Positions 63,797 through 64,000 of a DNA stretch of 64,000 bases are shown here, one piece after another. Source of the DNA: Dehalococcoidia bacterium. Lineage in GTDB: Bacteria; Chloroflexota; Dehalococcoidia; Lucifugimonadales; UBA1123. How positions within the stretch are numbered: position 1 is the first letter of the stretch; every line of letters begins with the position of its first letter. Location: assembly GCA_963664365.1 (NCBI GenBank), contig OY761144.1, positions 3,243,621 to 3,307,620 of the forward strand, read 5' to 3'. The notes beneath the pieces are model-generated. The model was not told the origin of the DNA, made no database searches, and worked only from the letters and a program-made list of their open reading frames with translations. The translations under genes were made by a program, and so were the position numbers.

Positions 63797-64000
63797 TCAT
63801 AGGATTCTGAAACGGTATATATTGTTCGGGGCGGTCTTTGAACGTGGACCGCTTATTTCCAGAAGTTTCACATTCGCTAGTTCCTCAAACTTCTGCGTAT
63901 CCAGAGCAAAGCCGACGTCTGTGGCTTTTACTGAGTCCAGTCCCATTTCGTCGCGCACATCGCCTAGGCGAACTTCCATGATCTGCTCGCCCCTTCTACG
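63797..64000 (-). CDS. Hypothetical ORF, possibly the 3' part of a gene starting beyond the window edge
   Basis: ORF 63797..63979. The frame stays open to nt 64000 (..RRRGEQIMEVRLGDV..). I recognise no family. Confidence 0.25.
   Translation of the reverse strand, partial: RRRGEQIMEVRLGDVRDEMGLDSVKATDVGFALDTQKFEELANVKLLEISGPRSKTAPNNIYRFRIL

Noticed and set aside
1-64000. tRNA, rRNA, tmRNA, RNase P or riboswitch genes in intergenic spaces (e.g. 8766-9004, 16016-16164, 41651-41933, 45037-45252, 47862-48034).
   Set aside because: I recognised no cloverleaf-compatible or conserved RNA motifs by eye. This is a weak negative. tRNAscan-SE or Infernal would be decisive.

Overview
A 64-kb, high-GC (by eye, not computed), gene-dense chromosomal segment that is mostly housekeeping. 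Conserved blocks are dnaJ-prmA-rsmE, der-plsY-gpsA, argF, trmD, mogA-like, rsmH-ftsA-ftsZ, a ferredoxin-type sulfite/nitrite reductase, thyX-aroE, a family-4 UDG, RNase J, ftsK, a fused accD-accA, and leuA/leuC/leuD. Other content includes two paralogous, inversely oriented ABC importer loci (SBP + 2 permeases, no ATPase gene), envelope-glycan genes (ugd, epimerase, GT2, polytopic membrane protein), a hyi / AceE-like E1 / AroQ-like trio, and an SsuD-like FMN monooxygenase + esterase + AI-2E transporter group. Gene order and content fit a monoderm high-GC lineage such as Chloroflexota (SAR202/Dehalococcoidia-like), but this is inference only. I recognised no rRNA, tRNA or CRISPR array by eye. 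Visibly AT-richer accessory islets sit between the housekeeping genes. The most interesting are: (1) an intact ABC-type ATPase + DUF4276/Toprim-like pair (45879-47861), with a second, frameshifted and truncated copy 5 kb away (52980-54642); (2) the leu operon invaded twice, by a YgiT-type zinc-ribbon gene plus an unrecognisable 175-aa gene between leuC and leuD, and by a coiled-coil/nuclease-like gene between leuA and leuC; (3) an orphan ParA-like ATPase + unknown 175-aa gene islet; (4) a mobile-element/TA graveyard at 10.07-11.6 kb (truncated antitoxin, primase C-terminal fragment, iteron-like 9-mers, a deleted toxin next to an intact HigA-type antitoxin); (5) both ABC substrate-binding lipoproteins carry a long 15-17-aa VEVPGETVVVEKEVVKT tandem-repeat stalk that is conserved at protein level but divergent at synonymous sites; (6) a mosaic hairpin repeat family (ccctctccc-loop-gggagaggg + ttggggtgagggtga) in at least 3.5 copies. 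All family assignments come from motif reading and memory of family patterns. No database search, alignment program or GC computation was run.
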